DNA of 48,562 bases from Verrucomicrobiaceae bacterium (GTDB lineage Bacteria > Verrucomicrobiota > Verrucomicrobiia > Verrucomicrobiales > Akkermansiaceae): NCBI GenBank assembly GCA_051252135.1, contig JBPOGH010000025.1:1-48562 (forward strand). Direction: 5' to 3'. Each line of letters opens with the position of its first letter. Positions within the stretch are counted from its first letter, which is position 1. A program made the position numbers and the translations under genes. The notes beneath the pieces are model-generated. The model was not told the origin of the DNA and ran no database searches. It saw only the letters and a program-made list of their open reading frames with translations. Below, piece by piece: positions 21,716 through 31,012 of the stretch.

Positions 21716-22615
21716 ATGTTATTTACGAAACGCACATCACGCCGAACCAGCAAATCGCGGGACCGGATGCTCGAGCTCCGGGTGAGTTCGCCGCGCATTC
21801 TTTTTTGTGATGCGGTGAAGATGAGCGGGAAGCTTTTTAAGTATCTCGTGATTTTGGCGATGGTGGGTGCGCTGGGCTATGGGGTGCGGATCGGGTGGGA
21901 GAAGTTGTTTATTGAGAATGACGAATTTGCGATTCGCGAGATGCCGCTGACGACGATGGAGGGGCATGAGCCGATGTTTATGACGCGGAATCGGGTGACC
22001 GAGATGACGGGGATTGATCCGGCGGCGAGTATTTTTGCGTTCGATATTGATGAGATGGAAGCGATTCTGCGTGATCTGCCCGAGACCTCGGGAGCGCGGG
22101 TGACGCGCCGGCTGCCGGGAACATTGAAGGTGGAGGTGAGTGAGCGGATACCGGTGGCGTGGGTGGCCTGTCCGGCATTGGGGCTGGAGGAGCGGAATAT
22201 CGAGAAGGGGTTGTTGGTTGATGAGTCGGGGGTGGCATTTCCTTGTGCGACTCCGGCGCTGGCCGAGTATGCGGCGCACTTGCCGGTGGTGTATGCGGAG
22301 GATCTTCCGGCGGGAGCGATCGTTGAAGGGGAGAAGATTGATGATGAGGGGTTGTCCTATGCGCTGGAATTTGCGCGGGCCGCGGACCTGATGCTTACGG
22401 ATGCGGATTTGCCCGATTGGGTGATGGTGAGGGATGGGATTACGGTGGAGATGAAGACCTTGGGAGGGACGCGGCTGATTGCTTCGTATTTTGAGCAAGA
22501 GAAGCAGCTCGAGAAGTTTCAAAAGTTGAGCAGACATGCGCGGAACCGGGGACGCGAGCTGGCGACAGTGAATCTGATTCCCGAACGGTATGTGCCGGTA
22601 ACTTATCAGAATTAA
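21716..22615 (+). CDS. ftsQ: Cell division protein FtsQ/DivIB
   Basis: Basic N-terminus, single TM, POTRA-like RRLPGTLKVEVSERIPVA; located between ddl and ftsA. Confidence 0.85.
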   Translation: MLFTKRTSRRTSKSRDRMLELRVSSPRILFCDAVKMSGKLFKYLVILAMVGALGYGVRIGWEKLFIENDEFAIREMPLTTMEGHEPMFMTRNRVTEMTGIDPAASIFAFDIDEMEAILRDLPETSGARVTRRLPGTLKVEVSERIPVAWVACPALGLEERNIEKGLLVDESGVAFPCATPALAEYAAHLPVVYAEDLPAGAIVEGEKIDDEGLSYALEFARAADLMLTDADLPDWVMVRDGITVEMKTLGGTRLIASYFEQEKQLEKFQKLSRHARNRGRELATVNLIPERYVPVTYQN

Positions 22616-22628
22616 GGAAGATACGAAC

Positions 22629-23840
22629 ATGGCACGCTCAAAAATTCATGTTGGCCTGGAGATTGGCTCGACCAAGACCGTTATGGTGGTGGCCGAGATC
22701 AAGGCGGACCAGTCGGTGAAGATTCTCGGTTTGGGAGAGACGCGGTCGGCCGGGGTGCGGAAGGGGGAGATTGCGGATTACAAGCAGGTGCGGGCTTGTG
22801 TGAAGGCGGCGTTGTTAGAGGCGGAGGATGTCAGTGACGTGGTGATCAAGAGTGTTTTTCTTTCGGTGACGGGGGCGCATATTTCGGGGATCAACAATGT
22901 GGGGACGTTTCGACTTCCCGATGACGAGGAAGAGGTTGATTACGAGCATTTGGATGAGGTGAGGGAGATTGCGAAGGATATCGCGATCCCGAGTGACAAT
23001 GTTTACCTGCATCATTTGCCGCGACATTTTAATCTCGATGGGCAGATGCACACGAAGGTGCCCTATGGTCTGTTAGGAAAGCAGCTGGAGGCCGACTATC
23101 ACATTGTGCACGGGATGCGGACACGGATTCAAAACAGCATCAAGTGTGTGCGTGAGATTCCGCTGGATGTGGATGACGTGGTGTTTGCGCCAATTGCTTC
23201 GGCCCAGATTGCCTTGAACGCGGAGCGGAAAGAGGCGGGAGCCCTGGTGATCGATATGGGGGGAGGGACGACGGATTACGTGCTTTATTTGGATGGGGCG
23301 ATTGCGGCCTCGGGTTGTGTGCCGGTGGGGGGTGATCATGTGACGAATGACATTCATTTGGTGACGCACATTCCGTTTAGCAAAGCGGAGAAGGTGAAGA
23401 TTGATGAGGGTCATGCCTCGGCTGATCCGGCGCACTCGGTGGGGACGATCAAGGTGCCTGATGAGAAAGGATTTCCGGAGATCGAGTTGAACCGGCAATT
23501 GCTCAATGACGTGATCCGGGGTCGGCTTGAGGAGACGCTGGAATTGGTTTTGGATCGCTTGCCGGGTGATGCGCTGGAGCGGATTGGGACGGGAGTGTTC
23601 CTGACAGGCGGGGCGAGTATGCAGCGGGGGTTTGGGGAGTTGGCTTTTGATATTTTCGGGTTGCCGGTTTACCGGCCGGAGCAGCCGGAAGTGAGTGGGG
23701 TGCATGCTTATTTCAAAGACCCGCAGTATGCGACGGCGCTGGGTTTGATCCGGTATGCGCAGATTCTCGATCAGGAGCGACCGGGGGCGCGGGTTGGGAA
23801 GATGAAGGGGCTCTTTAAGAGTGTTTGGCCGTTTGGTTAG
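22629..23840 (+). CDS. ftsA: Cell division protein FtsA
   Basis: GLEIGSTK, GVRKGEI, IDMGGGTTD, GGDHVTNDI, LTGGAS and YATALGLI motifs. Confidence 0.95.
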   Translation: MARSKIHVGLEIGSTKTVMVVAEIKADQSVKILGLGETRSAGVRKGEIADYKQVRACVKAALLEAEDVSDVVIKSVFLSVTGAHISGINNVGTFRLPDDEEEVDYEHLDEVREIAKDIAIPSDNVYLHHLPRHFNLDGQMHTKVPYGLLGKQLEADYHIVHGMRTRIQNSIKCVREIPLDVDDVVFAPIASAQIALNAERKEAGALVIDMGGGTTDYVLYLDGAIAASGCVPVGGDHVTNDIHLVTHIPFSKAEKVKIDEGHASADPAHSVGTIKVPDEKGFPEIELNRQLLNDVIRGRLEETLELVLDRLPGDALERIGTGVFLTGGASMQRGFGELAFDIFGLPVYRPEQPEVSGVHAYFKDPQYATALGLIRYAQILDQERPGARVGKMKGLFKSVWPFG

Positions 23841-23922
23841 ATTTTTTTAGGCGGGTAGGGGTAGAGGTTTTGAATGGGGGAAGTTGCTTTACGGGGATTG
23901 GGGGGATTCGTAGGTTGTTGGG

Positions 23923-25278
23923 GTGAGATTTTTTGTTGGATGGATTGTTGTTTTGTGGGGTTTTCAATTCGTTGCCGGGGCGCAGGAAGAAGAGTCGGGG
24001 CTGCCGGTGGTGGAGATCATTTTTTTCAGTCCGAAGGACATTGAACCGCCGAAGGATGTGGTGGAGAGGCTGGGGAAGTTGGCGGTGGAGACGGAGAATT
24101 TTTTCGAGAAGGAGATGAAGGGTTGGAATTATCCGGTAGAGCGGAAGAAGGTTTTTGCGAGGAACGAGGAGGGGAAGGTGAAAGTTGCCTTTGTGCGTGG
24201 CAGTGAGACGGCGGACACGGGGAAGTATGATTTCAACTACCAGGCCTTGCCGGGAGAGATTGTCGGGAAGGCTCACAAGAGTTCGAGTTTTTCGAGGAAC
24301 GGGGATTGCTATTGGATCTTTGTGTATTTGGGGACGAAGCGGGAGTTCAACGGGTGGGTTGGAATCGGATCCGCGGGGCGGGGCGGGTATGGGATCGTGC
24401 GGTATGATGCGAAAGGAGGAATGAAGCAGGCGAAGACGAGGATTCATGAATTGGGGCATGCTCTGACGCTGCCGCACATTGGCCCGAAGGTGAGTGATGA
24501 GGGGGATTGTAATTTGATGGGGCCGAACGAGCCGACTTACCAGAGGAGGCTCAAGAAGAAGTGGGACAGTTATTATTTGAGTGAGTCGGCTGCTGCGAGA
24601 TTGTGGAAGCATCCGCTTTTTTCAGGGACGCTGGAGAAGCGGGGGCAGCGACCCAAGGTGGTGAAGCTTGCGGAGAGGAAGGTCCGGTATGATGGGGAGG
24701 CGAAGTCGATCAAGATTGAGGGGACGATTGATTGTGATCTCGAGGTCCACAGTGTGATCGTTCACGATGATTCCTCGGGACCGAATCAGGAATACTGGAG
24801 GAAGACTTATGTGGGACGGGTTGATGAGGCGGGGGCGTTTACGATCGAGGTGGACGAGCTGAGTGATTACAACGGGATGCTTCAGTTTTACTTCTGTGTG
24901 GATGGGGGCGTGACGACCCAGTGTGAAACGAAGGTGATCTATGGTTTCGAAAAGGGGCAGCATGTGGTGCAGGGATTTATTCCCCGTTCGCTGCCACTGG
25001 AGGGTCCCGGGGTGGCGAAGATTGTTTCAGCGGAGTGGGGGACCTTGTTGAGGCATGCCAGAGGAACAACGACCGATGTTTCTGCGATTATTGCGAAGCA
25101 GATGAAGGGGGGCGCGGTGTCGATGTTGATCGACTATAAAGTCTTGGGTGATCCTGACCCGGGGAGAAAGAAGGCCCTGAAGGTGAAGTATCTGTTAGAG
25201 GGCGAAGAGAAGGAGGGGGTGTTTCAGGGGCGGGCGGGGAGTTATTTGATTCTCCCTCCGCTGGAGGAGGCGAATTGA
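23923..25278 (+). CDS. Secreted metzincin-type zinc metallopeptidase with C-terminal lectin-like domain
   Basis: Signal peptide, HELGHALTLPH, Met-turn CNLMG; C-terminal AEWG...DVS...GDPDPG.KK.L.VKY module. Confidence 0.8.
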   Translation: MRFFVGWIVVLWGFQFVAGAQEEESGLPVVEIIFFSPKDIEPPKDVVERLGKLAVETENFFEKEMKGWNYPVERKKVFARNEEGKVKVAFVRGSETADTGKYDFNYQALPGEIVGKAHKSSSFSRNGDCYWIFVYLGTKREFNGWVGIGSAGRGGYGIVRYDAKGGMKQAKTRIHELGHALTLPHIGPKVSDEGDCNLMGPNEPTYQRRLKKKWDSYYLSESAAARLWKHPLFSGTLEKRGQRPKVVKLAERKVRYDGEAKSIKIEGTIDCDLEVHSVIVHDDSSGPNQEYWRKTYVGRVDEAGAFTIEVDELSDYNGMLQFYFCVDGGVTTQCETKVIYGFEKGQHVVQGFIPRSLPLEGPGVAKIVSAEWGTLLRHARGTTTDVSAIIAKQMKGGAVSMLIDYKVLGDPDPGRKKALKVKYLLEGEEKEGVFQGRAGSYLILPPLEEAN

Positions 25279-25393
25279 GGTCGTAGGTGGCGTCACTCCT
25301 AGAATTGGTGGGACGGGATCCAGTGGATGCCTGCGGGTGAATGAGAGGATGAATCGGAGTGCCGGGCTTGGCCGTTTTTTTCCGACTTGCGAT

Positions 25394-25438
25394 CCCAGGG
25401 CGGCGCTGCGCTACGTTATTTCGCCCCTTTGGGGCTTG
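25394..25438. repeat. REP-like element overlapping the uvrA 3' end
   Basis: CCAGGGCGGCGCTGCGCTACGTTATTTCGCCCCTTTGGGGCT, related to 38614-38668. Confidence 0.7.
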
Positions 25439-28400
25439 GGGTTTTGAGGGCTGCGGCGATGTAGGGGGCGGTTTTGGAGGTCTTGGATTTGGCGACTTGT
25501 TCGGGGGTTCCCTGGGCGATGATTTGGCCGCCGTGGGGGCCGGCTTCCGGGCCGAGGTCGATGATGTAGTCGGCCTCGGCAGCGAGGTCCATGTGGTGTT
25601 CGATGACGACGACGGTGTGTCCTTCATCGACGAGGCGGTGGAGGACGTCGGTGAGGCGGGCGACGTCTTGTTGGTGGAGGCCGATGGTGGGTTCCTCGAT
25701 GAGGTAGAGATTGGTGTTGGTGGGGCCGACGTCGGTTACGCGGGGTCGACCTTTGGTGAGTTGGGTGACGAGCTTGAGTCGTTGGGCTTCGCCTCCGGAG
25801 ACAGTGGGGCTGGGTTGTCCGAGGGTGAGGTAACCGAGGCCGGTTTCGGATAGGAGTTGGAGGGGGCGCTGGAGCTTGGGGTGGGCGGCGAAGAACTCGG
25901 CGGCGGATTTGATGTTGAGATTGAGGACGTCGCCGATGGTGAGTCCGTTGTAGCGGATCTCGAGAGTGGAGGGATTGTAGCGTTGGCCGTAGCAGCTCTC
26001 GCAATCGACCCAGGTGGTGGGGAGGAAGTCCATCTCGAGTTTGATACGGCCGTTGCCTTTGCACTCGGGGCATTGGCCGTCCTTGTTGTTGAAGGAGAAG
26101 CGGGAGGCGGTGTAGCCGCGCATGCGGGCCTCGGGGAGTTGGGCGTAGAGGGCGCGGATGTGGTCGAAGAGTTTGACGTAGGTTGCCGGGCAGGAGCGGG
26201 AGGTTTTTCCGATGGGGGATTGATCGACTTCGTAGAGATATTTGAAGTGTTCAAAACCCTGAGAGGTTTTGAACGAGTTGGCAGTTGGCAGGATACGGTT
26301 GGCAGACTTGGTTGAGGAGGAGGTTTTTGCGGCTTCCGCGAGGCAGCCGCGCATGAGGGAGGACTTGCCGGAGCCGGAGACGCCGGTGAGGACGGTGAGG
26401 CGGCCGAGGGGGATTTGGGCGTCGAGGTCTTTGAGATTATTGAGGGTGCAGCCCTTGAGCTGGAGCCAGTGTTTTTTGGCTTTGAGGATTTTACGGCGGG
26501 AGCCCCGGGACGGGTGAACGAGGGGAGAGGCGAGGGCGTTGAGGGTGGGGGAGAGAGGGTGTTTTTTGAGGGTGGTCTTGGCGGCGACTTGTTTTTGACT
26601 GAGGGAGGCGACGATTTCTCCGCCCTCGACGCCGGCGCCGGGGCCGAGATCGATGAGGTGGGTGGCGGCGCGGATGGTGTCCTCATCATGCTCGACGAGG
26701 ATGAGTGAGTTGCCTTTTTTTCTGAGGGCCTGGAGGGTGCCGAGGAGGGCGTCGTTATCGCGCGGGTGAAGGCCGATGGTGGGTTCGTCGAGAATGTAGA
26801 GAACGCCCTGGAGATTGGAGCCGAGTTGGGCGGCGAGGCGGATGCGCTGGGATTCGCCGCCGGAAAGGGTGGTGGCGGAGCGGTCGAGCTGGAGGTAGCC
26901 GAGTCCGACGTGATCGAGGAACTGAAGGCGCTGGGAGATTTCGGGAATGATGTCGCGGGCGATCTCGCGATCGCGGCCGGTGAATTTTAGGGAATCGATG
27001 ATCGCTTTGGCGTCCTTTACGGAAAGGGCCGTGAGTGCGGGGAGGCTTGTTTTTTGGATGAAGACGTGGCGGGAGCTCTCGCGGAGGCGGGCGCCCTGGC
27101 AGTCGGGGCACTCTTTGATTTCGTCGGGTTCCTTGAGAGATTTTTCCTCGTAGATTTCGGCTTCGGCCTGGGAGTTAAATCCTTTGTCCTGGAGGACTTG
27201 TTTGGTGGCGCCTTTGGCGACGTGTCCGTATCCGCGGCAGGTGGTGCACCATCCGCGAGGGGAGTTGAAGGAGAAGTGGTGGGGGTCGAGTTCCTCGAAT
27301 GATTCTCCGGTGACTTCCGAAACGCGTGAGGTGGAGAAGGTGGTGAGGTCCGGGGATTTGGGATCGGAGAGGATGCGGATGGTTCCTTTTCCGATTTGAA
27401 GGGTGCGGGCGATGTGCTCGGCAATTTGCTGTTTGGGCTGGCGGCTTTTGATCCCGGTGATGACGAAGTCGATGTCGTGTGCCTTATGGCGGGCGAGGGG
27501 TTGGAAGTCTTCAGTTCGGATGAGTTTGCCATCGATGAACATTTCCTCGAGTCCGGCTTTTTCGGCGGCGGCGGCGTATTCCTTATGGAATCCTTTGCGG
27601 GCTTTGAGGACGGGGGCGAGGAGGCGGAGGGATTTGTGTTTTTTGAGGAGAGCTCCAATTTGCCTGGCGATGGCTTCGGGAGTCTGGGAGATGACGGCTT
27701 CGCCAGATTGGGGGCAATGTTGGATGCCGACCTTGGCGTAGAGGAGGCGGAGGAAGTGGTAGATTTCGGTGACGGTGCCGACGGTGGATTTTCCGCCGCC
27801 GCGTGAGATGCGTTGCTCGATGGCGACGGTGGGCGGGAGGCCGGTGATGTGGTCGAGGTCCGGCTTTTCCAATTGGCTCGCGAACTGTCGGGCGTAGGGC
27901 GACATGGAGTCGAGGAAGCGACGTTGTCCTTCGGCGAAGATGACATCGAAGGCGAGGGTGGATTTGCCGCTGCCGGAGAGGCCGGAGATGACGACGAACT
28001 CGTGATGGGGGATGGTGACGTCGATGTTCTTGAGGTTGTGGTGACGCAGTCCGGAGATGGAGATTTGGTCTTTGGCGATCTCTTTGGCCGGGCGAGGGGC
28101 GCGCTTTGCCTTTGATGTTTTGTTAGAGAGGGCGGCGGCGGTGTGGGTCTTCTTTTTTGCGAGTTGTTTGGGAGTGCCCTCGAAGACGATTTTTCCGCCG
28201 TGGACTCCGGCCTCGGGTCCGAGCTCGATGACGTGATCGGCATTTTTGATGACATCGGGTTGGTGTTCGATGACGAGGAGGGAGAAGCCGATATCGACGA
28301 GGCGGTGGAAGACAGTGAGGAGTCGCTCGATATCGACGAAATGGAGTCCGGTGGTGGGCTCATCGAGGATGAGGAGGGTGTTGATGCTGCCTTGGCTGCT

Positions 28401-30968
28401 GCTGAGGAGTTGGCAGAGCTTGAGGCGTTGGGCTTCGCCACCGGAAAGGGTGTTGAGCGGTTGTCCGAGGCGGAGGTAGCCGAGGCCGGTATCGACGAGT
28501 GGCTGGAGGGCGAGTCGGGCTTTGCGGGCGAGGGTTTCCTCCTTGGTGGTGCCGGTGGGGAGTTCTTCGAGGAAGGCGAGGCCTTCGGTGGCGGTGAGTT
28601 GGAGGATGTCGGTGATGGACTTGCCGTGGAGGAGAATTTCCTGAGCGGCGCGGGTGAAGCGTGAGCCGTTGCACTCGGGACAGGTGAGGAAGAGATCCGA
28701 GAGAAATTGCATTTCCACTTTTTCGAATCCGTTACCGGCGCAGCGCTGGCAGCGACCGGGGCCGGAGTTGAAAGAGAAATAGCCGGGAGTGAGCTCGCGT
28801 GATCTGGCGGCGGAGGTGAGGGCGAAGAGTTGGCGGAAGTGCTCGAAGGCACCGAGGAGGACGGCGGGGGTGGAGCGGGGGGTGCGGGAGAGGGGGGACT
28901 GGTCGATGAGTTGGACGCCATTGAGCTCATCGATGCCATCGATCTCAGCTGCGGCGGGTTCTTCGTCGAGCGGGAGTCCGAAGTGGCGCGCGAGATTATT
29001 GTAGATGATGGGGTGGGCGAGAGAGGATTTTCCGGAGCCGGAAACGCCGGTGAGGCAGGTGAAGGTGCCGAGTGGGAGGTCGAGCGAGAGGTCCTCGATG
29101 TTGTTGGCCGAGGCGCTGCGGATTCCCAGGAAGCTCTTTGGTTTGCGAAGTTTTTTCGGGGTAGCGATTGATCTTTCGCCGGTCAGGAAGGGGAGGGTTT
29201 GGGAATCCTTGAACTTTGAACGCTGAACATCCAATTTTGAACGTTGAACGTTTCCCTGGAAGACGATTTGGCCGCCTCCTTCTCCGGCGGCGGGGCCGAC
29301 ATCGATGAGGTTATCGGCTTCGCGCATGACGGCTTCATCGTGCTCGACGACGACGAGGGTGTTGCCCTTATCGCGGAGGGCGTGCATGACTTCGGTGAGG
29401 CGGCCGATATCGCGGTGATGCAGTCCCACGGTGGGCTCATCGAGGACGAAGAGAGTGTGGGTGAGGGCGGAGCCGAGGCAGGTGGTGAGATTGACGCGGG
29501 CGATCTCGCCTCCGGAGAGGGTGCGTGCGGGGCGGTCGAGGGTGAGGTATCCGAGGCCGACCTCGACAAGGTAGTGGAGGCGGGACTGGATTTCTGTTAG
29601 AACGAGCTGGGTGGACTTGTCGAGAGGGGCGTGGGTTTGGGCGACGGAGTCGAAGAAGAAGACGAGTTGGTCGATGGGGATGTGCCAGAGTTCGGGGAGG
29701 GTTTTTCCGAGAATTTTGAAGGAGAGGGCTTCGGGCTGGAGTCGATTGCCCTGGCACTCGGGGCAGGTGGTGTAGGCGCGGTAGCGGGAGAGGAAGACGC
29801 GGACGTGCATCTTGTAGGCTTTGGTTTCCAGCCAGTCGAAGAATCCCTGAATGCCATACCAGCGTCCTTCCTGCCAGAGGGACTCGGATTGTTCGAGGGA
29901 GGAGAGGGGGCTGGACTGGGAGCGCTCACCGTATTTGACCCAGCGGCGTTGTTCGGGGGTGAGTTTGTTCCAGGGGGTTTTGGGGTCGATGCCGACTTCC
30001 TTGCAATTGCGGAGGAGGTCGCGCTGGCAGTCATCGCCGCGTTCTCCCTGGAAGGGTTTGACGGCACCCTGGCGGAGGGAGAGGAGATGGTTGGGGACGG
30101 CTTTTTCGAGATCGATGCCGATGACGCGGCCGAAACCGCGGCAGTTTTGGCAGGCCCCGAGAGGGGAGTTGAAGGAGAAGAGGGAGGAGGTGGGCTGGCG
30201 AAGGGGGGACCAGGAGGAGGTGAAATTTGAGATTTGAGATTTGAGATTTGAAATCTGACAGTTTCCTTTGCCGAGTTGGAGGGCGTTTTCGAAGGCTTCG
30301 GTGAGGCGGGATTTGTTTCGTGGTGAGACTTTGATGCGGTCCTGAATGACTTGGACTTCAGCGGGAAGTGTTTGATCGCTTGATTCGTCGGTGCGGGTGA
30401 CTTCTCCATTGAGGAGGATGCGGAGGTAGCCCTGGGAATTGAGGAAAGTGAAGAAGTCGTCTGTCTTGGTGTCAGGAGGGACGGGGATGGGGAAGAGGAC
30501 GAGGATGGTCTCCTCGGCGTGATTTTTTTCGCACCAGGAGAGGATGGTGGCGGGGGTGTCGGGTTGGACGGGCTCGCCGGTTTGGGGGTGGTAGCCGGTG
30601 GCGAGACGGGGGTAGAGGAGCTTGAGGTAGTCGTTGACCTCGGTGAGGGTTCCGACGGTGGAACGGGTGGTGCGGATGGTGTTTTTTTGCTCGATGGCGA
30701 TGGCGGGCGGGATGCCATCGATGCGGTCGACATCGGGCTTGTCCATGCGGTCGAAGAACTGCCGGACGTAGGGTGAGAAGGTCTCGACGTAGCGGCGTTG
30801 GCCCTCGGCGTAGAGAGTGTGGAAGGCGAGGGAGGACTTACCGGATCCGGAGGGACCGGTGATGACGGTGAGCTCGCCGATGGGGATGTCGAGATCGACA
30901 TTCTTCAGGTTGTGCTGACGGGCGCCCCTGATTTGGATGACGTTCTTCGACTTCGCTTTTTTGGCCAC
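25416..30968 (-). CDS. uvrA: Excinuclease ABC subunit A, double-length (tandem-fused) form
   Basis: Four Walker A (GxSGSGKS) and four LSGGE signatures; two YAEGQRR/FAEGQRR starts; 1850 aa. Confidence 0.97.
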   Translation of the reverse strand: MAKKAKSKNVIQIRGARQHNLKNVDLDIPIGELTVITGPSGSGKSSLAFHTLYAEGQRRYVETFSPYVRQFFDRMDKPDVDRIDGIPPAIAIEQKNTIRTTRSTVGTLTEVNDYLKLLYPRLATGYHPQTGEPVQPDTPATILSWCEKNHAEETILVLFPIPVPPDTKTDDFFTFLNSQGYLRILLNGEVTRTDESSDQTLPAEVQVIQDRIKVSPRNKSRLTEAFENALQLGKGNCQISNLKSQISNFTSSWSPLRQPTSSLFSFNSPLGACQNCRGFGRVIGIDLEKAVPNHLLSLRQGAVKPFQGERGDDCQRDLLRNCKEVGIDPKTPWNKLTPEQRRWVKYGERSQSSPLSSLEQSESLWQEGRWYGIQGFFDWLETKAYKMHVRVFLSRYRAYTTCPECQGNRLQPEALSFKILGKTLPELWHIPIDQLVFFFDSVAQTHAPLDKSTQLVLTEIQSRLHYLVEVGLGYLTLDRPARTLSGGEIARVNLTTCLGSALTHTLFVLDEPTVGLHHRDIGRLTEVMHALRDKGNTLVVVEHDEAVMREADNLIDVGPAAGEGGGQIVFQGNVQRSKLDVQRSKFKDSQTLPFLTGERSIATPKKLRKPKSFLGIRSASANNIEDLSLDLPLGTFTCLTGVSGSGKSSLAHPIIYNNLARHFGLPLDEEPAAAEIDGIDELNGVQLIDQSPLSRTPRSTPAVLLGAFEHFRQLFALTSAARSRELTPGYFSFNSGPGRCQRCAGNGFEKVEMQFLSDLFLTCPECNGSRFTRAAQEILLHGKSITDILQLTATEGLAFLEELPTGTTKEETLARKARLALQPLVDTGLGYLRLGQPLNTLSGGEAQRLKLCQLLSSSQGSINTLLILDEPTTGLHFVDIERLLTVFHRLVDIGFSLLVIEHQPDVIKNADHVIELGPEAGVHGGKIVFEGTPKQLAKKKTHTAAALSNKTSKAKRAPRPAKEIAKDQISISGLRHHNLKNIDVTIPHHEFVVISGLSGSGKSTLAFDVIFAEGQRRFLDSMSPYARQFASQLEKPDLDHITGLPPTVAIEQRISRGGGKSTVGTVTEIYHFLRLLYAKVGIQHCPQSGEAVISQTPEAIARQIGALLKKHKSLRLLAPVLKARKGFHKEYAAAAEKAGLEEMFIDGKLIRTEDFQPLARHKAHDIDFVITGIKSRQPKQQIAEHIARTLQIGKGTIRILSDPKSPDLTTFSTSRVSEVTGESFEELDPHHFSFNSPRGWCTTCRGYGHVAKGATKQVLQDKGFNSQAEAEIYEEKSLKEPDEIKECPDCQGARLRESSRHVFIQKTSLPALTALSVKDAKAIIDSLKFTGRDREIARDIIPEISQRLQFLDHVGLGYLQLDRSATTLSGGESQRIRLAAQLGSNLQGVLYILDEPTIGLHPRDNDALLGTLQALRKKGNSLILVEHDEDTIRAATHLIDLGPGAGVEGGEIVASLSQKQVAAKTTLKKHPLSPTLNALASPLVHPSRGSRRKILKAKKHWLQLKGCTLNNLKDLDAQIPLGRLTVLTGVSGSGKSSLMRGCLAEAAKTSSSTKSANRILPTANSFKTSQGFEHFKYLYEVDQSPIGKTSRSCPATYVKLFDHIRALYAQLPEARMRGYTASRFSFNNKDGQCPECKGNGRIKLEMDFLPTTWVDCESCYGQRYNPSTLEIRYNGLTIGDVLNLNIKSAAEFFAAHPKLQRPLQLLSETGLGYLTLGQPSPTVSGGEAQRLKLVTQLTKGRPRVTDVGPTNTNLYLIEEPTIGLHQQDVARLTDVLHRLVDEGHTVVVIEHHMDLAAEADYIIDLGPEAGPHGGQIIAQGTPEQVAKSKTSKTAPYIAAALKTPSPKGAK

Positions 30969-31012
30969 GCGGAGACCTTACCTTGGATACAATCCCGCGC
31001 AAGGCGAGTCAG

